A DNA stretch of 64,000 nucleotides from Eledone cirrhosa. Lineage: Eukaryota. The stretch spans positions 6,014,001 to 6,078,000 of the forward strand of contig OZ024766.1 in NCBI GenBank assembly GCA_964016885.1, read 5' to 3'. A program made the position numbers and the translations under genes. The notes below the pieces were generated by a model that saw only the letters and a program-made list of their open reading frames with translations, made no database searches and was not told the DNA's origin. The number at the start of each line of letters is the position of its first letter. Position 1 is the stretch's first letter. Shown here one piece after another: positions 12,220 through 24,129 of the stretch.

Positions 12220-14215
12220 TAGATAGATAGATATCTTTCTTTATTTGCCACAGGGGCGTACAAAAATGGGACATTACAAGACGTGACGGCGGGGGTTTTA
12301 GATAAAATCTTTAACAATGATAAATAACAATAAACTATATAAAAATAAAACAATTGAAATCCCCAATAGAGGGGTAACGCTACTGCAGGGTTGTTTTAGA
12401 CCCCGTGGATAGAACAACCCTCAACACCAGGAACACGTTTTGTAGGTGTTCCCGTCTTCCCTCTGTTTATCTTCCTCAACCTACAAGTTTATATACAGAG
12501 AAGGCCCAATCACTCGGCCCATTCACGCCACATTCACCCACCTTTCAGTGAATTTACTGGGGTGTAGCCCCTCTCTCTCCACTCTCACCTTCCTTCTGAA
12601 GTGGTACTTAAAGAAAGGGATGAGTTGTCTTATACCCCATGGATAGAACAACCCTCAACACCAGGAACACATTTGTAGGTGTTCCTGTCTTACCTCTGTT
12701 TATCTTCCTCAATCTACAGGTTTATATACAGAGAAGGGCCCATTCACTCGGGCCATTTTCGCCACATTCACCCACCTTTCAGCGAATTTACTGGGGTGTA
12801 GCCCCTCTCTCTCTCCACTCTCACCTTCCTTCTGAAGTGGTACTTAAAGAAGGGGATGAGTTGTTGCCCGGAGAAAGGTGCTTGCCCTCAGTCCTTTTAA
12901 CCTCATCCACTATATTTACCTCTTTCGCCACAGCCACCAGACATAGATAGATAGATTTCTTTATTAGCCACAGGGGCACAAAAGAAGGGGACAAATACAA
13001 AAGGGGAAGTTTACATACAATAAAAACGTGTAAAATGTTATCACAAATGCAATTTAAAAAGTTAGTCGATTTTCCCCAATAGGGGGAGACATTACATATG
13101 GGTAACACATGCCCCCCAAAAAATGTGCAACCCTCATCTCCAGGAGTACAAAGAGTTTGTACTCCTTTCCTCTCCTCCTCCTTTTCCTCAACCTACAGGC
13201 TGATATAGAGAGAAGGACCATTCACTGGGGCCATTCTCGCCACTTTCACCCACCTTTCATAAAACTTGCTGGGGTACAGCACCTCTCTCTCCATCCTGAT
13301 TCTTCTTCCAAAGTGGTATTTGAAAAAAAAGGATCAGTTGTTGGCCGGAGAGAAAGGTGTCTGACCTCAGCCCTTTCAACCTTGTCCACCATACAACCTC
13401 TTTCGTCATAGCTATCACACAAAGGAAAACCGCCTCTCCTTCGTTTTTGAAGGAGGGTGGCGGTTTGATCATGACAATGGACTCGGTGGTCAACTGGATT
13501 GGTCCCACCTGCGACAATAGTCGTTCTACATAGACCCACAGGTCAATAGATAGATAGACAGGCAGACAGATAGATATATTTCTTTATTAGCCACAAGGGC
13601 ACACAAGAAAGGGGACAATACAAAGACATGCTGGAGATTTTACATAGACAGACAGACAGATATGTTTCTTTATTAGCCACAGGGGCACAAAAGAAGGGGA
13701 CAAATACAAAGGGGGAAGTTTACATACAATAAAAACGTGTAAAATGTTATCACAAATGCAATTTAAAAAGTTAGTCGATTTTCCCCCAATAGGGGGAGAC
13801 AGTTCATATGGGTAACACATACCCCCGAAAAAATGTGCAACCCTATATCTCCAGGAGTACGAAGAGCTTGTACTCCTTTCCTCTCCTCTTCCTCAACCTC
13901 CAGGCTGATATAGAGAGAAGGCCCATTCACTGGGGCCATTCTCGCCACTTTCACCCACCTTTCATAAAACTTGCTGGGGTACAGCACCTCTCTCTCCATC
14001 CTGATTCTTCTTCCAAAGTGGTATTTGAAAAAAAGAATCAGTTGTTGGGTTGGCCGGAGAGAAAGGTGTCTGACCTCAGCCCTTTCAACCTCTTTCGCCA
14101 TAGCTATCACACAAAGGAAAACCGCCTCTCCTTCGTTTTTGAAGGAGAGAGTGGCGGTTTGATCATGACAATGGACTCGGTGGTCAACCGGATTGGTCCC
14201 ACCCGCGACAGACAG
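12220..14215 (-). mobile_element. Head-to-tail cluster of about 4-5 truncated L1/Tx1-like 3' ends separated by (GATA/GACA)n
   Basis: Repeated tttctttatt(t/a)gccac ends near 12235, 12955, 13580 and 13665, and the same ORF2 C-terminus (KEVVWWTRLKGLRSDTFLSGQQLILFF...RWVKVARMAPVNGPSLYISL). Confidence 0.75.
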
Positions 14216-14253
14216 ACAGATAGACCGATAGCTAGATAGAGAGATATATTTAC

Positions 14254-14371
14254 CATTAGCTGAGGACTTGGTGACCAGCTTCAGTAGTTCCAGACGTTCA
14301 TTACGGTTCGATGTTGTGACATTCTGGGCAAACTTCTTCAAAACATCTGCATCTGTTAACACCTGTGTGTC
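14254..14371 (-). CDS. GCN1: GCN1 coding exon 2 (DTQVLTDADVLKKFAQNVTTSNRNERLELLKLVTKSSAN)
   Basis: cccccttcAG acceptor, G|GTAAAT donor, 118 nt, phase 0 to 1. Similar to human GCN1 DTQVSETLKRFAGKVTTASVKERREILSELGK (recalled). There is an alternative in-frame acceptor 9 nt downstream (exon start 14362). Confidence 0.92.
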
Positions 14372-14552
14372 CTGAAGGGGGTAGATAGATGTGTAGGTGT
14401 AGAGATAGTTAACGAGGTAGGTAAGAATAGGGTGGTTTGGTGAGGTAGATGGATGGGTAAATATCTATATGAGACTTGAAAACCTGTCTAACCCATGCAA
14501 GCATGAAAAATGGACTGTCATAAAAAAGGGGACGTATTCTTCCACATACATG

Positions 14553-14589
<37 letters not shown>

Positions 14590-14664
14590 GCCTGTATCAT
14601 TAACAATAGATCTAGAAATAAACTATTCATCGGATTTATTAAGTACATACATGTACACACATAT

Positions 14665-15055
14665 ATCATCATCATCATCACCGTTTTTACGTCCGTTCTT
14701 CCATGCTAGCATCGCGGGTTGTCCTGTTGTGGGCAGTGTCCGGTCGGCTGACCTTGTCTTGCTCATACGGGAACTGATTCTGGCTTGATTTCTACAGCTG
14801 GATGCCCTTCCTAACACCGACCTCATTTACAGTGAGTGCCGAGTGTTTTTTTGCCATGGCACCTCCACGACCACCTTGCAGTGGAATGATAGGGACCCCA
14901 GTCCCTATCATCTCATTTCTACAGCTGAGTAAATTGGAGCAATGTAAAATAGAGTGTCTTGCTCAAGGAAACAACACATCACCCGGTCTCAGAATTGAAC
15001 TCACAACCTTTCGATTGCAAGGCCAATGCTCTAACCACTAAGCCATGTGCCTCCA
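14665..15055 (-). mobile_element. tRNA SINE family A, with about one 48-bp unit
   Basis: Same head and body as the other family A copies; (GAT)n tail. Confidence 0.85.
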
Positions 15056-15370
15056 TATATATATATATATATATATGTTAAGAATCCCCTAACTCTGGAG
15101 AGCACACAATCAGAGGGATAACCTATATATATATATATATATATATAGGAAAATATTCAAGACCCCGACGGCAGAGCTCAAGCCGTTTCGACGGCTGTTT
15201 CTGGACTATATAGGGTGTCCCCTCAAAAATGTATACGTACTTTGATCACTTGTATAGGCAATATTTATTAGAATGCTGCTGAAGTGTGTATACCATTTTT
15301 TGGAACATCCTATATAAATATATATACGTGTGTATATATACACGTACAATCATACACACACACATATGTG

Positions 15371-15403
<33 letters not shown>

Positions 15404-15441
15404 GTGCGTGTATATATATATATGCGTTGTATATATATATA

Positions 15442-15474
<33 letters not shown>

Positions 15475-15940
15475 GCGTGTGTGTGTATATATATATATAT
15501 ACATGTGTGTGTGTATATATATGTGTGTGCGTGTGTAACTGCCGCATGTGAACAGAATTCATGGAAAAACGAAATACTTTCTTATTTCGAAACCTATTAT
15601 ATACCTGCATGCATCTCTCTTTCTCTCTCTATATATTTATATATACACACACACATCTATATATAAACAGATGGACCCTAAAAGGGTGGAATAATAATAT
15701 TGTGAAGAAAAACGAAGAAGGTTGAAAAATTTAAGTTAAAAAGAAGTGGAAACATTGACAGAATTTTGAGCCGATTGGGCCCAAATATGAGTTAATTATG
15801 CAGGAAATACACAGAATTAAATATAAATATCTACACAGGCAGGTAGCCAAGGGCCCCTACTAAGATGTTGTCCATTAAAAATTAGGGTTTAGGGTGTTAG
15901 TAGGGAGCCACATGGGGCCAAAGTGGAAGAGGGTACTCAC

Positions 15941-15961
15941 TGGAGTTATCCGATCGGCCAT
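15941..15961 (-). CDS. GCN1: GCN1 coding exon 1 (MADRITP)
   Basis: Minus strand reads accaacATGGCCGATCGGATAACTCCA|GTGAGT: good Kozak context (A at -3, G at +4) and a canonical donor. Phase 0 joins exon 2 in frame, and it resembles the metazoan GCN1 N-terminus (MAAD...). Confidence 0.8.
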
Positions 15962-16450
15962 GTTGGTTGTGCAATATGTTGGCTGACGTGAAGAGCTAAA
16001 GGCTAACTTTCTGGCTCTTACTCTTTCTCTTTCTGTAGATAGAGTAATAGGTATAGAGAGAGGGAGAGAATGAGAGGTAACGACATAGAGAGAGGAGGAA
16101 GAGCTAAAGGCTGACGTTCTCACTCTTACTCTTTCTCTCTTTGTAGATAGACTAAGACGTAAAGAGAGGGCGAGAAAGAGAGGTAATAACATAGAGAGAG
16201 GAGGAAGAGCTAAAGACTAACACTTGGCTCTTACTCTTTCTCTCTTTGTAGATAGACACAAAGAGAGATGAAGAAAGAGATGTAAGTAGATAGAGAGAGG
16301 GGGGAGAGCTAACGGCTGAAGTTCTCGCTCTTACTCTGTCTTTCTTTGTAGATAGAGTAAGACGTAAAGACAGGGAGAGAAAGAGAGGTAATGAAATAGA
16401 GGGGGGGGGGTCTGACTTTCTGGCTTTTAGTCTGTCACTCTCTGTATGTA
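15962..16450 (-). promoter_or_regulatory. Probable GCN1 5'UTR/proximal promoter, built from about 4-5 diverged ~105-bp repeats
   Basis: Directly upstream of the ATG. The motif gaagagctaaaggct...ctcttactctttctct...gtagatagag recurs near 15990, 16100, 16205, 16305 and 16410. On the minus strand there is a pyrimidine tract CCTTTAGCTCTTC and a CACGTCAG (CRE half-site) about 25-40 nt before the ATG. Confidence 0.5.
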
Positions 16451-16471
16451 TGTATATGTATGTATATATAT

Positions 16472-16630
16472 ATAGGAAAAAGTATGACCCCGACGGCAGA
16501 GCTCAAGCCGTCTCGACGGCTATTTCTGGACTAAATTAGAATGTTTAGCCTGGTTAAAAATTCTAATTTAGTCCAGAAATAGCCGTCGAAACGGCTTGAG
16601 CTCTGCCGTCGGGGTCAGACTTTTTCCTAT
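16472..16630. repeat. ~71-bp inverted repeat of a dispersed element (probably Penelope-like)
   Basis: Arms 16472-16542 and 16560-16630 with 2 mismatches. The core GACCCCGACGGCAGAGCTCAAGCCGTTTCGACGGCT also occurs near 15161, 20926, 29770, 29936, 30020 and 57530, usually within (TA)n. Confidence 0.8.
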
Positions 16631-17159
16631 TTCCCACTCTACTACCCTAAGTATTGAGTTCTCTGGTGCGTTATGGTCCATCTGGTTCCTTACCACATTT
16701 CCTTTGTATATATATATATATACATTATGTCAGGTCACCAGTTGGTGCTACTGGTAACATGTATCCCAGTACAACCTGTCTCATGGTTGGGTCGTTGGCG
16801 ACTAAACTGGCAACCCCACCAAGGTTTCTTGGTGAGGAGGGTGACTTTGGACATCCCGCAGGACTAAAAACAAAACCTGTCAAAGGGCAAAGGAGCTCTT
16901 AAGAGTCAATGGCCATCCAAAATCACCGGGAGAGATGACCCAAAACCACAGATCCTCCATCTCAACTCTACTTTTGAAAAGCAGAAGAACTGCGAACTCG
17001 GTAAAGGAACCAAATAAAAATATATATATTTTTTTAAATAAGACTCGTTGCATTTTCGATTTCATCTTTTTTCCTTTATACTTTCACTCGTGTAGGACAC
17101 CTCGGTTACTTTTCATTTTGTAAAAAAAACCTCACTTTCTAATATATATATATATATAA

Positions 17160-18170
17160 ATTTCTATTTATTTGCCACCAGGGCATCAAAGATTGGGACA
17201 AATACAAAGGGGGGAGTTGCTGAAGCATGGAACAAACTACCTGCATCAGTTGTTAGCTGTCGAGACACTGCATCCTTTAAAACCTCCATGGAACAAACTA
17301 CCTGCATCAGTTGTCAGCTGTCGAGACACTGCATCCTTTAAAACCTCCATGGAACAAACTACCTGCATCAGTTGTTAGCTGTCGAGACACTGCATCCTTT
17401 AAAACCTCCATGGAACAAACTACCTGCATCAGTTGTTAGCTGTCGAGACACTGCATCCTTTAAAACCTCCATGGAACAAACTACCTGCATCAGTTGTTAG
17501 CTGTCGAGACACTGCATCCTTTAAAACCTCCATGGAACAAACTACCTGCATCAGTTGTTAGCTGTCGAGACACTGCATCCTTCAAGGCCTCCATGCTTCC
17601 CGAGATCCGCCAACACTACAGCTAACACATACAAACATGTACTTCCCTGACATTTGTGTATTATTCTATGTACTTTCTTGACGAGTTGTAGTGCACCTGA
17701 GCACTTTACACAATAATTTCATTATCATTATTATTATTATTTAAAAAGACGTGTAAAAAACATATAACAAATTAAACTTAACAATCGATGTCCTCAATAG
17801 GGAGGGGCGTTGACATGGCCCCCCCCCCCCAAAAAAAAATGTGCAACCCTCCTCTTCAGGAGCACAAAGAGCGGGTGCTTCCTTCCTCTTCTCATTCTTC
17901 TCCTCTCTCACCTACAGGCTGACATAGAGAGAAGGCCCATTCACTCGGGCCATTCTCGCTACTTTCACCCACCTTTCATAAAACTTGCTGGGGTGGAGCA
18001 CCTCTCTCTCCATTCTGATCCTTCTTCTAAAGTGGTATTTGAAAAAAAAAGACCAGTTGTTGGCCGGAGAGAAAGGGGTCTGACCTCAGCCATTTTAACC
18101 TTGTCCACCATACAACCTCTTTCGCCATAGCTATCACACAAAGGAAAACCGCCTCTCCTTCGTTTTTGAA
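17160..18170 (-). mobile_element. L1/Tx1-like 3' fragment interrupted by a CR1/L2-like insertion
   Basis: 3' end at 17160-17218, resuming at about 17742-18170 with the same family sequence. Confidence 0.7.
17215..17742 (+). mobile_element. 5'-truncated CR1/L2-like LINE 3' end with about 6 copies of a 61-bp unit and an (ATT)n tail
   Basis: Encodes EAWNKLPASVVSCRDTASFKASMLPEIRQHYS* (the WNxLPxxVV...SFK CR1/L2 C-terminal motif) and ends in attattattat. Confidence 0.7.
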
Positions 18171-18279
18171 ATAAATATATATATATATATAGTGACGAAA
18201 CGTAAGTGAATTGCATGAACTTATAATCCTTTATTTACTGCTATATATATTTCGATATATATATTTCGTGTACACCCTG

Positions 18280-18344
<65 letters not shown>

Positions 18345-18539
18345 CAAGGGAGACAACCTGTGAAGGACTTGCAAAGGGAATTATTTTAGGGCTCCCGAAA
18401 TCTTTCTGGGATCCTCTTCAAAATATAAATGACGGCCCTGACTAGGTTAGACTAGTAGGACCAGATATAAATATAGTAAAAGGGGAGGCAGGGGAGAAAA
18501 GAACGTGCTTCGCTGACGAGATCTCATTAGATTGAAACA

Positions 18540-19190
18540 AAGGCCGGTGGAGTGGCAGTATCGGTAGAGGGTCGGACGCCATGCTTTGTAGCATAGTTAC
18601 GTCCCTTTACGATCTGAGTTCAAATCCCGCCGAGGTTGACTTTGCCTTTCATCCTTACGGGGTCGATAAAATAAAGTACCAGTAATGCACTGGGTAATTG
18701 CTGGCCTTGTGCCTAAAGTAGAAACAATTATTTATAAAACAAATCGATAAAATAAAGTACCAGTAATACACTGGGTATTTGCTGGGCTTGTGCCAAAAGT
18801 AGAAACACTTATTATGAGGTCTATAAAATAAAGTACCAGTAATACACTGGGTTATTGCTGGCCTTGTGCCAAAAGTAGAAACAATTATTACAGGGTTGAT
18901 AAAATAAAGTACCAGTAATACACTGGAGTAATTGCTGGCCTTGTGCCAAAAGTAGAAACACTTATTATGGGGTCTATAAAATAAAGTACCAGTAATACAC
19001 TGGGGTAATTGCTGACCTTGTGCCTAAAGTAGAAACAATTATTATTATTATTAAAGTACCAGTAATACACTGGAGTAAATTGCTGGCCTTGTGCCTAAAG
19101 TAGAAACAATTATTTATAAAACAAATCGATAAAATAAAGTACCAGTAATACACTGAGGTAATTGCTGGCCTTGTGCCTAAAGTAGAAACA
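18540..19190 (+). mobile_element. tRNA SINE family B with a tandemly repeated 3' end and a 14-bp TSD
   Basis: GAGTTCAAATCC B box and GACTTTGCCTTTCATCC...GGGGTCGATAAAATAAAGTACCAG body. TSD ATTAGATTGAAACA at 18526-18539 and 19191-19204. Other fragments at about 12020-12095, 21368-21447, 29022-29170 and 43800-43895. Confidence 0.85.
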
Positions 19191-19204
19191 ATTAGATTGA
19201 AACA

Positions 19205-20010
19205 CATCTCAGAAAAGAATCGCTGGACAGATTTTAGGGGCAAAACCAACGGGCAGGAGACCCAGGGGTAACCCCCCCCCCCGAGCAAGATGGTTGGACA
19301 ACATCCATGAGCTTGGCTGGTCTCGTTTGGGGGGATCCAGCCAGCTGAGTTGGGGACGGTGGCTTCTGACAGGGCCTGCTGGGGGGGGGGGGGGAGTACT
19401 TGAGGGCTCTGTCCCTCCACGGCCCTTTCAGGAATAAGTGGGAAGAAGAAGAAGAAGAAGAAGGCAAAGAAGAAGAAGAAGAAGAAGAAGAAGGCAAAGA
19501 AGAAGAAGGCAAAGAAGAAGAAGAAGAAGAAGAAGAAGAAGAAGAAGAAGGCAAAGAAGAAGAAGGCAAAGAAGAAGAAGAGGGCAAAGAAGAAGAAGGC
19601 AAAGAAGAAGAAGAAGAAGGCAAAGAAGAAGGCAAAGAAGAAGAAGAAGAAGGCAAAGAAGAAGAAGAAGAAGAAGAAGAAGAAGGCAAAGAAGAAGAAG
19701 AAGAAGAAGAAGAAGAAGAAGAAGGCAAAGAAGAAGAAGAAGAAGAAGAAGAAGAAGAAGAAGGCAAAGAAGAAGAAGGCAAAGAAGAAGAAGAAGGCAA
19801 AGAAGAAGAAGAAGAAGGCAAAGAAGAAGAAGGCAAAGAAAAAGAAGGCAAAGAAAAAGAAGAAAGCAAAGAAGAAGAAGAAGGCAAAGAAGAAGAAGAA
19901 GAAGAAGAAGGCAAAGAAGAAGAAGAAGAAGGCAAAGAAGAAGAAGAAGAAGAAGAAGGCAAAGAAGAAGAAGAAGAAGAAGAAGAAGAAAGCAAAGAAG
20001 GAGAAAAAAA
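19205..20010 (+). mobile_element. RTE-clade LINE 3' fragment with an expanded (GAA)n/GGCAAA tail
   Basis: Translation SQKRIAGQILGAKPTGRRPRG...WLDNI...ASDRACW is typical of the RTE C-terminus; tail at 19441-20010. Confidence 0.65.
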
Positions 20011-20452
20011 AGACCCGGTTCTTATCATTCAGTCAGCAGGAGTTATTTCCCTTGTTTAATTACCAAATTTTTTTTTAAAATATCAAAACTTCATCTTTTC
20101 TCGCCGCCCATGCACTTTACCTTGGATTAGTGGCCGAGCATTCTATAGAGACAAGTACACCTTGTCTCAGGGAGACAAGTACACAGTTCTCAGGGAGATT
20201 CAGTAATACATAGTGTGTGACAAGACTAGGACATTTATATTACAGGTACAGTCTATTTTATATATTGTGTGAGAGTGGTCGAGTATTCCGTAGAGACACG
20301 ACTGTAGCTTTAAGGAGACTCAAGTCTCTCTATATATATGTATATATATGTATGTATCTATATAGAAAGGAGTACTCAATACGGAAGTAGAGTTTCACTA
20401 TTAAATTCTTGTCAGACGACACTATATATATATATATATTTATATATATATG

Positions 20453-20540
<88 letters not shown>

Positions 20541-20571
20541 TATATATATATATATATATATCTATATACAT

Positions 20572-20660
<89 letters not shown>

Positions 20661-20661
20661 C

Positions 20662-20693
<32 letters not shown>

Positions 20694-20974
20694 GATCGAG
20701 TATCGAAAAATCGGCGCACGAGTTCACGATAAACAAAATTCGAAATGAGCGGCAGAGGGCTCAATAATTCAGATGAATCAGAGCTATAACTATCGTTAAA
20801 ATACCGTCACATATAGAACAAGTCTACAATCAACCATACGATAAAAAATCGATAATAGAAGATTCGGGACAAACAGATAAAAAATATCAATAAAACAATA
20901 CATCAATAATTTAAAGGAACGAGTAGGACCCCGACGGCTGAGCTCAAGCCGTTTCGACGGCTAATTCTATAAAA

Positions 20975-21362
20975 ATAATTCTTTTTTTCAAATACCACTT
21001 TGGAAGAAGAGTCAGGATGGAGAGAGAGGTGCTGTACCCCAGCAAGTTTTATAAAAGGTGGGTGAAAGCGGCGAGAATGGCCCCAGTGAATGGGCCTTCT
21101 CTCTATATCAGCCTGTAGGTTGAGGAAAAAGAGGAATAGAGGAAAGGGGTACAAACTCGTCGTACTCCTGGAGATGAAGGTTGCACATTTTTTGGGGGGT
21201 ATGTGTTACCCATATGAAATGTCTCCCCCTATTGGGGAAAAATCGATTAATTTTTAAATTGCATTTGTGATAATATTTTACACGTTTTTATTGTATGTAA
21301 ACTTCCCCCTTTGTATTTGTCCCCTTCTTTTGTGCCCCTGTGGCTAATAAAGAAACATATCT
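20975..21362 (+). mobile_element. L1/Tx1-like 3' fragment
   Basis: Reverse complement of the 13-14 kb copies, ending GCTAATAAAGAAACATATC. Confidence 0.7.
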
Positions 21363-21534
21363 ACATAATAATTGTTTCTACTTTTGGCACAAAGCCAGCA
21401 ATTATCCAGTGTATTACTGGTACTTTATTTTATCGACCCCGTAAGGATGTTGACGGTCCCAGCGTATTTATCAATGCCAGGACCGGTTGTATCTCAGCGT
21501 ACTCCATGGGCAATGTAAGATACCTAACCGCCAG

Positions 21535-24035
21535 CCTCTTTAAAAAACGAAAGAGTGGCGGTTTTCCTCTGTACGGTGGCTATGGTGAAAGAAGTTATAT
21601 GGTGGACGAGGTTGAGAGGACTGAGGACAGATGCCTTTCTCTCCGGACAACAACTCATTCCCTTCTTTAGGTACCACTTTAGAAGGAGAATCAGAGTGGA
21701 GAGAGAGGCACTGCACCCCAGTAAATTTACTGAAAGGTGTTATATGGTGGACGAGGTTGAGAGGACTGAGGACAGATGCCTTTCTCTCCAGACAACAACT
21801 CATTCCCTTCTTTAGGTACCACTTTAGAAGGAGAATCAGGGTGGAGAGAGAGGCACTGCACCCCAGTAAATTTACTGAAAGGTGTTATATGGTGGACGAG
21901 GTTGAGAGGACTGAGGACAGATGCCTTTCTCTCCAGACAACTCATTCCCTTCTTTAGGTACCACTTTAGAAGGAGAATCAGGGTGGAGAGAGAGGCACTG
22001 CACCCCAGTAAATTTACTGAAAGGTGTTATATGGTGGACGAGGTTGAGAGGACTGAGGACAGATGCCTTTCTCTCCGGACAACAACTCATTCCCTTCTTT
22101 AGGTACCACTTTAGAAGGAGAATCAGAGTGGAGAGAGAGGCACTGCACCCCAGTAAGTTTACTGAAAGGTGTTATATGGTGGACGAGGTTGAGAGGACTG
22201 AGGACAGATGCCTTTCTCTCCGGACAACAACTCATTCCCTTCTTTAGAAGGAGAATCAGGGTGGAGAGAGAGGCACTGCACTCCAGTAAATTTACTGAAA
22301 GGTGTTATATGGTGGACGAGATTGAGAGGACTGAGGACAGATGCCTTTCTCTCCGGACAACAACTCATTCCCTTCTTTAGGTACCACTTTAGAAGGAGAA
22401 TCAGGGTGGAGAGAGAGGCACTGCACCCCAGTAAATTTACTGAAAGGTGTTATATGGTGGACGAGGTTGAGAGGACTGAGGACAGATGCCTTTCTCTCCA
22501 GACAACTCATTCCCTTCTTTAGGTACCACTTTAGAAGGAGAATCAGGGTGGAGAGAGAGGCACTGCACCCCAGTAAATTTACTGAAAGGTGTTATATGGT
22601 GGACGAGGTTGAGAGGACTGAGGACAGATGCCTTTCTCTCCAGACAACAACTCATTCCCTTCTTTAGGTACCACTTTAGAAGGAGAATCAGGGTGGAGAG
22701 AGAGGCACTGCACCCCAGTAAATTTACTGAAAGGTGTTATATGGTGGACGAGGTTGAGAGGACTGAGGACAGATGCCTTTCTCTCCAGACAACAACTCAT
22801 TCCCTTCTTTAGGTACCACTTTAGAAGGAGAATCAGGGTGGAGAGAGAGGCACTGCACCCCAGTAAATTTACTGAAAGGTGTTATATGGTGGACGAGGTT
22901 GAGAGGACTGAGGACAGATGCCTTTCTCTCCAGACAACAACTCATTCCCTTCTTTAGGTACCACTTTAGAAGGAGAATCAGGGTGGAGAGAGAGGCACTG
23001 CACCCCAGTAAATTTACTGAAAGGTGTTATATGGTGGACGAGGTTGAGAGGACTGAGGACAGATGCCTTTCTCTCCAGACAACTCATTCCCTTCTTTAGG
23101 TACCACTTTAGAAGGAGAATCAGAGTGGAGAGAGAGGCACTGCACCCCAGTAAGTTTACTGAAAGGTGTTATATGGTGGACGAGGTTGAGAGGACTGAGG
23201 ACAGATGCCTTTCTCTCCGGACAACAACTCATTCCCTTCTTTAGAAGGAGAATCAGGGTGGAGAGAGAGGCACTGCACTCCAGTAAATTTACTGAAAGGT
23301 GTTATATGGTGGACGAGATTGAGAGGACTGAGGACAGATGCCTTTCTCTCCGGACAACAACTCATTCCCTTCTTTAGGTACCACTTTAGAAGGAGAATCA
23401 GGGTGGAGAGAGAGGCACTGCACTCCAGTAAATTTACTGAAAGGTGTTATATGGTGGACGAGATTGAGAGGACTGAGGACAGATGCCTTTCTCTCCGGAC
23501 AACAACTCATTCCCTTCTTTAGGTACCACTTTAGAAGGAGAATCAGAGTGGAGGGAGAGGCACTGCACCCCAGTAAATTTACTGAAAGGTGTTATATGGT
23601 GGACAAGGTTGAGAGGACTGAGGATAGATGCCTTTCTCTCCGGACAACAACTCATTCCCTTCTTTAAGTATCACTTTAGAAGGAGAATCAGGGTGGAGAG
23701 AGAGGCACTGCACCCCAGTAAATTTACTGAAAGGTGGGTGAATGAAGCGAAAATGGCCCGAGTGATTGGACCTTCTCTGTATATAAACCTCTAGGTTGAA
23801 GAAGAGGGAAAAAGGAAGAAAGGGGCACTTGCACAACACGCTCCTGGAGTTGAGGGTTGTTCTATCTACGGGGTATAAAACAATCCATTTGTGGCGCCTC
23901 CCCCATATTGAGGATTTCGATTGTTGCAATTGTTTGTTTTTATATTTTTTACACGACTGTATGTAAAATCCCCGGCATGTCTTTGTATTGTCCCCTTTTC
24001 TTGTGCGCCCTTGTGGCAAATAAAGAAATATATCT
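21535..24035 (+). mobile_element. L1/Tx1-like 3' fragment with an internal 145-bp array (about 15 copies, 21596-23735)
   Basis: Near-identical inverted counterpart of 5207-7290, ending GGCAAATAAAGAAATATATC. Confidence 0.8.
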
Positions 24036-24129
24036 GTATATATGGAGGTAAGGTGAGAAAGTTAGTCTGTAGTTGTTCACGTTACACAAGTGACGCCGGA
24101 TAAACCACGTGTGAAATATATAAGCAACT

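Noticed and set aside
15880-15905. Telomere-like TTAGGG repeats
   Set aside because: Only 2-3 degenerate units in intron 1.
16730-16960. Possible HDV or twister ribozyme in an RTE-5'UTR-like stretch
   Set aside because: Some hairpins are present, but I could not fit the required pseudoknot or consensus by eye. A covariance-model search would be needed.
19400-20130. Glu-rich, Arg-rich and Ser-rich ORFs
   Set aside because: Expanded (GAA)n tail of an RTE element, open in several frames because of low complexity.
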